Shown: piece after piece, positions 55,901-64,000 of the stretch | Position numbering within the stretch: position 1 is the first letter of the stretch | How the letters are laid out: every line of letters begins with the position of its first letter | Assembly (NCBI GenBank): GCA_965140415.1 | Contig: OZ223209.1 | Coordinates: 4,512,001 to 4,576,000 of the forward strand | From: Myxococcota bacterium | GTDB taxonomy: Bacteria > Myxococcota_A > SURF-8 | Direction: 5' to 3' | Length of the DNA: 64,000 nucleotides | Notes under the pieces: model-generated | What the model saw: only the letters and a program-made list of their open reading frames with translations | What the model was told of the DNA's origin: nothing | Database searches by the model: none | Program-made: the position numbers and the translations under genes

Positions 55901-56583
55901 GCAAACCATCGACTACCACAGCCTGCTTTTCCCTGCCTGCTCTATTTGGACTGCTGCTTGTCTGGCTACTTGCGTTTCCGATAGCCTGCAACGAAGAAGA
56001 CCCTCCCGAATTCACCGGCGATCCGACTCCTTGCCCGGCGGCTTGCTTGGCACTGTGCGCCACACAAAAGCGTTGCGAGGATGCAAGTTTTGTATTCGAC
56101 TGGACTGCCGAAGATTGCAAGGAAAACTGCGCGCGCATTCAACTGGAAGACTGGGGTGACAGCGTCAGCATGGCACCTTTAGGCTGTGCGGCGGCGACAG
56201 ACTGCGATGCCTTCGATTTATGCCTTCTGTTAGGTGGGGAATACGAGTACCAGTGCAACGGCATCGAACCGGCTCCGAAAACCCAGGAATACTCCGCAGA
56301 CTGCACCGGCATATGCGCGTATTACTCCGATTGCGTGGAAGCAGAGGAATTGCCCGAGTACTATTATTACGACCAACAGTACTGTCTGGAAGAATGCAAC
56401 AATGGATTGCAGCAGGGGTGGATGTCCGAGCGGGTTCTATTGTGCGTAGAGGCGCTGAACTGCTCTCGTATGGCCTCCTGCTTCAACGAATTGCAGTATA
56501 GCGAGGATCCTGGCGAATGGGATGATGCAGAAGAACCGAATCTGATTCCACCCGATGTCGCAGAGCCGGAGGTGTTGCCCTAA
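55897..56583 (+). CDS. Cys-rich acidic lipoprotein, paralogue of upstream gene
   Basis: PIAC lipobox-like signal, same Cys spacing as the upstream gene, and ATGA overlap with it. Confidence 0.75.
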   Translation: MSKPSTTTACFSLPALFGLLLVWLLAFPIACNEEDPPEFTGDPTPCPAACLALCATQKRCEDASFVFDWTAEDCKENCARIQLEDWGDSVSMAPLGCAAATDCDAFDLCLLLGGEYEYQCNGIEPAPKTQEYSADCTGICAYYSDCVEAEELPEYYYYDQQYCLEECNNGLQQGWMSERVLLCVEALNCSRMASCFNELQYSEDPGEWDDAEEPNLIPPDVAEPEVLP

Positions 56584-56671
56584 GCATCACCTTCTTCTGT
56601 CCGGGATTCTGGTAGTGCATCCTTTTTTCTCGGCGTTTGCACATGCAAGGTCGACGCCATGGAGGTGAACG

Positions 56672-57871
56672 ATGGTTGAATCCAAACAGAGTAAAACCCT
56701 TTCCTCCATTCAGCAATCCGTAGAGGAAATATGCAAGTTCGGACCTCGGCGCGTGGGCTCGCCGGAAGAGGAACATGCCGCGCTGTGGCTGGAGAACGGC
56801 CTGAAGGAAAGCGGCTTCGGCGTTACGATGCAACGTTTCGAAGCACCGAAAAGCATGGGCATGATCGTGCTGGTGCATTTGCTGCTCGCGCTGCTCGCGT
56901 CCTGCCTGCTGCCCTTTTATCCGGAACTCAGTCTGTTGATCTTGTTGGTAACGCTGCATTCCTTTATCGGAGAATTCACCGGACGCTGGCAGGTGTTACG
57001 CGGGCTGGTTCCCACCATCCACAGCAGCAACGTAGTCGGCCACTACAAACCGGAGCGACCTAAGCGCACCATCATCGTATCCGCTCACTTGGACACCGCC
57101 CAGGCGGGGTGGTTGTTCAGTCCGGCGTTAACACGCCTGGTGTCGCGTGAAAACGGCCAATTCACCGTCGGTCCCCTTTTCGCACCCTTTCTGGCGATGC
57201 TGGTTCTGGCGCTGGTCGCTCTAATTTTATCCTTCGATGGGGAAAGCGATCTGCTGACTATCTTGCATTGGCTCTCGGGCTTCGTCATTTTAATCGCCGC
57301 CGGTTTGATGGCGCAGTGGTCCTTTGCTCCGGCAGTTACTGGAGCCAACGATAACGCCTCGGGTATAGCAGGGGTTTTGTGGCTGGCCCAGCAGGTCGGC
57401 AAAAAGCTACCCAACGACACCGAATTCTACTTTGTCGGCTTCGGTGGCGAAGAGTCGCATCTATCCGGCTCGCTGGCGTTTATCAAAGCCACCCAGAATC
57501 GTTTGAATCGCAACCACACCTACATGATCAACCTGGACGGCATCGCCGCCGGGAAACTGGGCTTTGTCACGCACGAGGCAATTCTCGTTCCGCAAGCCTA
57601 CCCGGATCAGGAACTGGTGGTGCTTGCTCGAAATCTGGTCCGCAACAACGGCCCCTTTTCGGAAATCGCGGCCACGCGCATTCAGGGTCACACCGATGCG
57701 CTTCCCTTCGCACTGTACGGCATCAAGGCGTTGTCGTTGGTCGCTTTGGAAAACAATGGCATTCCGCTGAATTACCATACGGAAAAAGACAGACCGGAAC
57801 TGATGACCTGGCAGGATACCGAATTGGCGCTGGAATTCTCGCAAGCGCTGATCGCCGCCATCCGGGTCTGA
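56672..57871 (+). CDS. Membrane-embedded M28-family metallopeptidase
   Basis: SAHLD, GANDNASG, GGEE, NLD and YHT motifs, with inserted TM hairpins. Confidence 0.85.
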   Translation: MVESKQSKTLSSIQQSVEEICKFGPRRVGSPEEEHAALWLENGLKESGFGVTMQRFEAPKSMGMIVLVHLLLALLASCLLPFYPELSLLILLVTLHSFIGEFTGRWQVLRGLVPTIHSSNVVGHYKPERPKRTIIVSAHLDTAQAGWLFSPALTRLVSRENGQFTVGPLFAPFLAMLVLALVALILSFDGESDLLTILHWLSGFVILIAAGLMAQWSFAPAVTGANDNASGIAGVLWLAQQVGKKLPNDTEFYFVGFGGEESHLSGSLAFIKATQNRLNRNHTYMINLDGIAAGKLGFVTHEAILVPQAYPDQELVVLARNLVRNNGPFSEIAATRIQGHTDALPFALYGIKALSLVALENNGIPLNYHTEKDRPELMTWQDTELALEFSQALIAAIRV

Positions 57872-58061
57872 GAGATACAGCAAGCAAGAGTGTTTGCATT
57901 CATTACTCTCGATGTCTTTTTGTAGCAGCGAGGCGTAAGCCCGTCGACTAACTTATTAAATACGGCTGGTTTACGTTTGTTCGGATGGTTCAGCCAAGCA
58001 AGTCGGGTCAAATGACCCCACAATTCAGTTCATGTCTGATGGGTATACTGATTATATGAGA

Positions 58062-59996
58062 TTACCTTCCCGCGCGGCGCTCGTCGAGCAGGCGGAAGCC
58101 TTCCAACATCAGATTTTCGGTGGGAAGATTGATTTTGATCTCCGGGATGGTGACGTCGGTTTCGAAGGCGAAATCGCCGTGTTCCCATTCCAGTAGCAGG
58201 TAGAACGCCTCGACTCCGTCCTTACCCTTGTAATAGCAATTGATCACCTGGCCGTTTTCGAAAAAGACTTTGGCCTCCTCGTTTTGACGGGCAAGCGTCA
58301 GCATGCCGGTTTTGCGGCTGTTGCTGAAAAGCTGCACGATATCGGTCAGAGAGATGTCTTCCAGGCTGCCGGTGACCGAGGCGCGTGGGGGCGTGGTCTG
58401 AGCCTGCATCTCGGTCAGGGTTTCGTGACGAATGGCGATCAGTCGCTTGACTTTGGCCAGCACGATTTCTACCCGGATGGGGCGTTGGAAGAAATCGTCC
58501 GCGCCAACGTCGAAGGCAGCGCTGACCAACTTGCTGGGCATTTCCTGATTCGTGATGAACACAAAGGGGATGCCTTTTGTCTGCGAAGAGGATTTCAGCG
58601 CCGAGCAGAGCTGGTGGCCGCTTAGCGGCTGGGTGTTGACTTCGGAGAGCACCAACTCGATGCGGGTGCGTTTGATCGCCTGTACCGCCGCATCGGTGTC
58701 GTGCGCAACCAGCACCCGCAGACCCGCTTCTTTCAGACGCGCAATCAACGGTGCATAGCCGTTGCCAGAAGGGTCGATCAGCAGGATGGTTTTCATCGCC
58801 TCGCCCGGCATCAGCGAAGCTCCCTGCTGGGCTTCCTGAACGACTTCATACAAGGCCTTCAACACGCGCCGGTCAAAGCAGGTGCCCTGATAGTTGAACA
58901 GCTCCCGTAGTACTTCCGTGGCGCTTTTTTCCGTCCAGTCCGGATGACGGACCAGATCTTCATAGGCATCCACCACCGCAATGATGCGCGAACCTAAAGG
59001 AATGTTTTCACCGGAAAGCCCTTTGGGAAAGCCTTTGCCATCGTAGCGTTCGAACAGATGCGTGAGAATCTGGGGAATCAAGCTGGGAAAATGCGCCGTT
59101 TCGATCAGGCGGATCGGCGACAGATAGAATTTCTGAGCCAGCTTCAGATCTCGCTCGGTATTGAGGTTGATCAGCGTATAGTGTACGCCCTCGCGCTTGC
59201 CCAGATCGTGCAGATAGGCAGCGACGACGTTCAGGTAGACGTCCTTGGGCATCAATTCGAGTTTTTCGGAAACCTTCTTGGTCAGCCTTGCCACCGAGGC
59301 GCTGTGACCCCTGAAGGAGCCGCGCTTCATTTCCAATAACGAAATCAGGATGTTCAGCGTTTCGACGAAGACGTTATCCGACAAGAGCGAACTGCTGATG
59401 ACTTCGTCCGCTAGCCGCAGCCCGGTGTGCGCCTGTAGCTCGTCCGTTGTTAAAACCGCCTGGCGATCGTTGCCGGTGGTGGCGCCGAAGGACATCATCG
59501 GGCTTTGATTCATGCTGCGCTCTTCCAGCGAGGTAAAGGAGCGAGGATCGCCGCGATAGAACTTGCGCACGCCAGCCATAATGGTGGGTTTAAGCGCCAG
59601 ATAGGCATTGACTTCGCAGCATTGCGCCAGAAGCTGCACTTCTTTGATCAGCTTGGGGTCTGTTGGCGTATTGGCCAGTACGGACAACACACCGCCCTCC
59701 TGATCGTACATCAGCGGCAATACGAATTTTCGTTCGGCATAGTCCATCGGGACCATATCCAATACGATTTTAGGGATTTTGATCGACGCCAGTTTGTCGG
59801 CTGTGATGTAATGAATGCGAAAGCGTTCCGCGAGAACCTTCAGAATATCCGATTCCGAAATGAAACCGAGCGAAAACAGCAATTCACCGAGGCGTTCCTT
59901 GCGTTTTTTTTGCAGGTTCAACGCGACATCGAGTTGCTCTTCTGTGATCAGCCCCAATTCAATGAGCTGTTGTCCGATAAGTTTTTGTGCAGCCAT
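58062..59996 (-). CDS. MshEN/GSPII_N + HD-GYP-like + receiver-like + DUF4388 signalling protein
   Basis: LIGQQLIELGLIT...RLGELL..LGFIS (MshEN), LHDLGK...ERYDGKGFP (HD-GYP-like), a REC fold, and GSLEDISLTDIVQL...KTGML (DUF4388). Confidence 0.85.
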   Translation of the reverse strand: MAAQKLIGQQLIELGLITEEQLDVALNLQKKRKERLGELLFSLGFISESDILKVLAERFRIHYITADKLASIKIPKIVLDMVPMDYAERKFVLPLMYDQEGGVLSVLANTPTDPKLIKEVQLLAQCCEVNAYLALKPTIMAGVRKFYRGDPRSFTSLEERSMNQSPMMSFGATTGNDRQAVLTTDELQAHTGLRLADEVISSSLLSDNVFVETLNILISLLEMKRGSFRGHSASVARLTKKVSEKLELMPKDVYLNVVAAYLHDLGKREGVHYTLINLNTERDLKLAQKFYLSPIRLIETAHFPSLIPQILTHLFERYDGKGFPKGLSGENIPLGSRIIAVVDAYEDLVRHPDWTEKSATEVLRELFNYQGTCFDRRVLKALYEVVQEAQQGASLMPGEAMKTILLIDPSGNGYAPLIARLKEAGLRVLVAHDTDAAVQAIKRTRIELVLSEVNTQPLSGHQLCSALKSSSQTKGIPFVFITNQEMPSKLVSAAFDVGADDFFQRPIRVEIVLAKVKRLIAIRHETLTEMQAQTTPPRASVTGSLEDISLTDIVQLFSNSRKTGMLTLARQNEEAKVFFENGQVINCYYKGKDGVEAFYLLLEWEHGDFAFETDVTIPEIKINLPTENLMLEGFRLLDERRAGR

Positions 59997-60131
59997 CTGT
60001 GCTCTGCCAACCCTCTCCGACAAGTAGAGGGGGTTCCCGATTCCTTTAATGGAAAACCATCGGAAACCGCCGGTTTCGTTCGGGCCAGTGTATCCGAGTT
60101 CTTAACGTTGTATCACGGCTTTGATCTCAGG

Positions 60132-61097
60132 TCAAACGGCTGCTTTACGTGACGCACCATTTTTTGCCGTGCTTCGGGGCGATCCCTTGATGTCTTCACC
60201 TTTGCAAAACAACTTGAAGATGTTAAGGAATTCCTGGTGTGCTTTGGATAAATGCAGATCGGAACGGTAGTAAAGGTTCACCGGTTTGGTCAATGTAATG
60301 CCTTCCAGCGGCTTGACGGTAACCAGTTTTTCCTTGATCTCGTTTCGTACGGCGCATTCCGGAACGATGCTGCCGCCCATGCCGCGAATTACCATACTCT
60401 TGATAATTTCGATGTTTTCCGATTCGATAACGGTGTCAAGCTGCAACTTGTGATCTCGCACAAGACCGTCTACCGCCTGGCGAATTTGGGATTGCTTGGA
60501 AAAGGAGATGAAGCGGCATTTTTCCAGCGATTCGACGGGCATGCTTTCTCGCTGCTGGACGCTGCATTCGTGTTCGCAATTTTTGGAACAGATGAAAATC
60601 AGCGGCTGGCCACCCATGCTCTTCGTGTCCAGGCCTTCGAATGTCTCATCGGTGTTCAGCAGACCGAAATCCAATTCCCCCGTTTTCAGCATGTAGACCA
60701 CATCGTCAATCGGTTTGAAGATGGTGTGCAGCATGATCTGCGGGAACTGGGTGGAGAACGATTTCAAGAAATCCGGCAACAGATAGTTTCCCAAAGAGGG
60801 CGTGCTGGCGATACGCAAACTGCCACGTACTTCCTTGCGGAACTGATCCATGGCCGTTTCCAGGTTACTGATATCCTGAAAGATATTACGGCAATGATCC
60901 AACAGCACCAGTCCTGCGTCCGTTAGTTTAACGGAACGCTTGGTGCGATCGAAAAGCTTGACTTGCAGCTGATCTTCTAACTGTTGGATTTGCTTGGATA
61001 ATGCCGGTTGTGTGATGTACAAGTGCTTGGCAGCCTTGGAGAAATTCAGATGCTGTGCGGTAACGTAAAAATAATGTAGCGTGTAGATATTCAGCAT
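60132..61097 (-). CDS. LysR-family transcriptional regulator
   Basis: NFSKAAKHLYITQPALSKQIQQLE...LFDR HTH plus substrate-binding domain. Confidence 0.93.
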   Translation of the reverse strand: MLNIYTLHYFYVTAQHLNFSKAAKHLYITQPALSKQIQQLEDQLQVKLFDRTKRSVKLTDAGLVLLDHCRNIFQDISNLETAMDQFRKEVRGSLRIASTPSLGNYLLPDFLKSFSTQFPQIMLHTIFKPIDDVVYMLKTGELDFGLLNTDETFEGLDTKSMGGQPLIFICSKNCEHECSVQQRESMPVESLEKCRFISFSKQSQIRQAVDGLVRDHKLQLDTVIESENIEIIKSMVIRGMGGSIVPECAVRNEIKEKLVTVKPLEGITLTKPVNLYYRSDLHLSKAHQEFLNIFKLFCKGEDIKGSPRSTAKNGASRKAAV

Positions 61098-61596
61098 GGG
61101 TTCCCACAACAAACGGTTGGTGATAATCATTTCGGCAGTTGCTCATTTCCGCCGAATCCCAATTACCTATAATCAGGATCTATGACCTTACTCAACAATA
61201 TATTATAACGCAAGAAAAATTATCGATATTATGAGATATTATTATAGTAGTGCTGAATGATTGGAATTGTAACGCTTTTTCCGTTTTGAATCGTGGTTCA
61301 GTTGCTGCGATGGGGTTGTAATGGCATTACCGGGTGTTTTGGACAACCGAAAAAGGGCGAATGAAACAGTGCAGTCGGGCCGGCTGATTCGGATCAAGGG
61401 GATTTCAACGAATTCGTTGCAAATCGAGCAGTATTTGGAAAGAAACCGCTAAGACATAGAATTGAAATGACTCGAACCTTTCGCTTTTGCTTGATCTTCC
61501 ACGGCGGATAGACTATGCTCCATCGCTAGAGATTTTACCTAGTTAGGTTTGAAAACGACCGATACGTTTACGGCTCGGGCGGAGAAGGAGGAGAGA

Positions 61597-62676
61597 ATGG
61601 CATACGAAGCGAAGCGCTGGCTGCAAAGCCTGATTCTGGTCATGGTGCTGGGACTCTTTCTGGCGGCTTGCGGCTCCAGTGACGAAGACGCCGATGGCGA
61701 TATCGATGGCGACACCAACGAGCCGACTGGCGGTCAGCTCTTTTTAGGTGGCAATGAAAACGGATACATGCTGCCGCACCTGTTCACCCATGACGGCGAA
61801 CTGGCGGTGCTGTATCGCAACGCACTAGGCATTTTCTTACAGAAGCCCTACACCGGCGATACCATCACCGTGGATATGCTGGGACAGACCAATCCGAATT
61901 ATGGCGTAACCAACTACACGCTGAACGAAAACTACCTGGTCTGGAATGAAAGCGGCTTGACCTATCGTTACCAGTGGAACCGCTCGACCTTGTCGGCGCA
62001 GACCGGTCTTTTGGCTCCGGGTATGTGCATCACCAAGAATCTGCGTGGCGATGACGTGCTGGTGGGTGCGGCGTCTAGCGGTCAGATGTACACCATCGCG
62101 CTTTCCAATTTCAACGATGCGCAGGAGCGCGTTCCAAAAAGCCTGACCGATCCGGCGGACAACACCGAAAACATACGCGTTCATAGCTTTGCCTGCTCGG
62201 GTGAAACTGCGCTGGTTGGTAGCGAAGACGGACGGCTCTTCTCGCTGAATCTGAACGATCCTACGCCGACGCTGGTCACTCTGCCCAACGTCAGCGGTGA
62301 AAGTTTCGATTTGTTGCAGTATAGCCCTCCATACGTCGTGTGGGTTGATCTGGCCAATGATATCAAAGTCTATAGCCTGGAAGCTCAATTGGAGCCGCTG
62401 GTTTTGGATGTGGACCCCAACAATCGGGTGCCGGAATATCGCCTGCGCGATCTGCGCATCTTCGACAACATCGTGTTGTGGAGCGACACTTCCTCGGGTA
62501 GCTCGGATATCTGGGGCGCGGACCTGACGTTGACCCAGGGTGGCGTGGACTACATCCAGATCACGAACGAAATTCACGACCAGAGCTATCCTTTCATCTA
62601 CGAAAACAAAATTTACTGGCAGGATAACCGCGACGATCTGGACGAGATCTTCTACGGATCGCTACCTGCATTTTGA
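61597..62676 (+). CDS. Lipoprotein with beta-propeller-like domain
   Basis: RBS AAGGAGG, lipobox LAAC, DADGDIDGD linker and repeated VW.D / YWQD.R blades. Confidence 0.7.
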   Translation: MAYEAKRWLQSLILVMVLGLFLAACGSSDEDADGDIDGDTNEPTGGQLFLGGNENGYMLPHLFTHDGELAVLYRNALGIFLQKPYTGDTITVDMLGQTNPNYGVTNYTLNENYLVWNESGLTYRYQWNRSTLSAQTGLLAPGMCITKNLRGDDVLVGAASSGQMYTIALSNFNDAQERVPKSLTDPADNTENIRVHSFACSGETALVGSEDGRLFSLNLNDPTPTLVTLPNVSGESFDLLQYSPPYVVWVDLANDIKVYSLEAQLEPLVLDVDPNNRVPEYRLRDLRIFDNIVLWSDTSSGSSDIWGADLTLTQGGVDYIQITNEIHDQSYPFIYENKIYWQDNRDDLDEIFYGSLPAF

Positions 62677-62697
62677 TCCTACATCCCATGCTTTTAT

Positions 62698-62731
62698 ACC
62701 GGTGGAAGAGGTCGGCTTTTCCACCGGTTTT
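62698..62731 (+). terminator. Probable Rho-independent terminator
   Basis: accggtggaa...ttccaccggt stem followed by ttt. Confidence 0.6.
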
Positions 62732-62875
62732 CATTTCCATCCCCGTGTGGTAAATTGGGGAATTCCGAAGGATGAAAATCCATCGAAGAAGAACAGTAGC
62801 GAATTTTCTGCGGATGAAATTTAGGGGTTACTTTACATTCAGTATCGATAATAGCTGAAAAAACAGGAGAGAAGA

Positions 62876-63439
62876 ATGAAAAAGACCATGTTGAAATTGA
62901 TGATGTTGACGTTATTGGGTGTTTTTCTGATGGGAGCTGCTTCTTCCGCAGAAGCGGCGGGCAGAAAGATGGATCTGGGTATCGGCGGTCACATCGGCCT
63001 GGGTGGCACGACCGATGAACAATTCGCCTTCGCACTGACGCCGTACTTGAGCTTCAGCCCCATCGATAATCTTTCCGTTTTCGGGCGTTTGCCTTTTTAC
63101 GAAGGACTTTTCACCGGTCCGGTGGACATTCACCTCTTTCCTTTCCTGTTCGGTGCGCGCTATCATTTCCAGGTGATGGATAAGCTGCGGGTGTATCCGG
63201 GTATGGCATTAGGCTTTACCATTATTCATACTGCGGCCATCAAAGCGGGTGGATTTACGATAGCCGGGGCAAATGATGCGGTAAGGTTTTCGCTGAACTT
63301 CCAGGGCGGTGTGGAATACGAAGTAATTCCGAATCTTGGCCTGGACGCCTCGTTCGATATCTACCTGATCAACGTCGAGAAAAACGCCAACGCCCGTTTC
63401 GGAGTGACGCTCGGCGCGATTTATTACCTACCGATTTAG
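62876..63439 (+). CDS. Small outer-membrane beta-barrel (OmpA/OmpW-like, ~8 strands)
   Basis: Signal peptide ending AEA, alternating beta-strands, GARYHF, GGVEY and terminal GAIYYL. Confidence 0.8.
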   Translation: MKKTMLKLMMLTLLGVFLMGAASSAEAAGRKMDLGIGGHIGLGGTTDEQFAFALTPYLSFSPIDNLSVFGRLPFYEGLFTGPVDIHLFPFLFGARYHFQVMDKLRVYPGMALGFTIIHTAAIKAGGFTIAGANDAVRFSLNFQGGVEYEVIPNLGLDASFDIYLINVEKNANARFGVTLGAIYYLPI

Positions 63440-63461
63440 TGTTTGCTAAACCTTGAACGAC

Positions 63462-63491
63462 AAAACGGAGCCAGTCGGCTCCGTTTTTTTA
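63462..63491 (+). terminator. Rho-independent terminator
   Basis: aaaacggagcc-agtc-ggctccgttttttt. Confidence 0.85.
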
Positions 63492-63581
63492 TGCCGGTTC
63501 TTAATCATTTTTAGCGATTCGTTCTTTTGATTTACCGTAGCGGCGGAGCGTGAGCCCGCCAAGAAACATTAGTTGATTTCA

Positions 63582-63668
63582 GGGTGGCGCGGGCTAAACC
63601 GCAGGTTTGCCCGTGTTCAAAGGGCACATGGGCAAGCTTCGTTTCCCTCCGCTTGGCCCATGCCACAC
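63582..63668. repeat. REPIN-like element, copy B (inverted relative to 874-961)
   Basis: Its reverse complement gtgtggcatgggccaagcgga...agcttgcccatgtg...acgggcaaacctgcggtttagcccgcgccaccc aligns to copy A. Confidence 0.7.
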
Positions 63669-63780
63669 GTCAGTCCTGAACTATCGGTTTTCGGTCGGGG
63701 CCCCGTCCCGACCATAAAGACAAACGAATGGAGCAGAACAAGACCCCGCTCCAACGTTGATCAAGCGATGATACTACCCA

Positions 63781-64000
63781 TCATTCATAAGATGTGATCT
63801 GTGTGCGGCGCAGCGCCTTGTTGCCATCGGGCGCATCGTAAATTTCCAGCCTGCCCTCATCGGATAAGATCTCGATCATACGGCGGCGGATGATCGGGGA
63901 GTCTTCCAGTTTTTCCGACTGCCAGCGCTTGATGAAGTAGTTCATCCCGACATAGCCGGATTGGAAGGTTTGCTCGGCGCGTTCCAACTCGTGCAACAGC
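63781..64000 (-). CDS. 3' end of a hypothetical protein running off the window
   Basis: Open frame from the window edge to TGA at 63781, with genome-typical codon usage. Confidence 0.5.
   Translation of the reverse strand, partial: LLHELERAEQTFQSGYVGMNYFIKRWQSEKLEDSPIIRRRMIEILSDEGRLEIYDAPDGNKALRRTQITSYE

Noticed and set aside
55232-56583. Multiheme cytochromes
   Set aside because: Cys spacing is CxxxC with no CxxCH motifs.

Overview
Chromosomal window from a moderately GC-rich Gram-negative bacterium whose gene content points to Myxococcota/deltaproteobacteria. The taxonomy is inferred from Agl-Glt homologues, MshEN/DUF4388, zinc-ribbon-TPR and Ser/Thr kinase-PEGA proteins. Positions ~1-35 kb are almost all minus strand: housekeeping genes (yfiC-like, tsaC, purE, purD), two uncharacterised DNA-binding proteins, an envelope cluster (dctP, lysophospholipase, pssA, namZ, Ser/Thr kinase) and a long coiled-coil protein. 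The centrepiece is a contiguous, co-oriented ~18 kb locus. It places a GltD/E/F/G-type trans-envelope complex and its own AglR/Q/S-type proton motor directly upstream of a polysaccharide exporter (OM beta-barrel, short Wza, Wzc). The right half holds ldcA, a serine-hydrolase::Mpl fusion, a GH36-like lipoprotein, thiM-thiE, an AsnB plus glutamate-cysteine-ligase-like pair and a giant Asp/Cys-rich repeat lipoprotein. It also has a LeuDH homologue lacking its catalytic Lys, a small basic protein, a lipocalin, a K+ channel, an AT-rich HEPN-like orphan, Cys-rich lipoproteins, an M28 peptidase, an MshEN-HD-GYP-REC-DUF4388 protein, a LysR regulator and OM proteins. Intergenic DNA carries several REP/REPIN-like palindromes and a duplicated ~100-bp element. 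No rRNA, tRNA, CRISPR array, integrase or transposase was recognised. All calls come from motif recognition by eye; no database searches were run.
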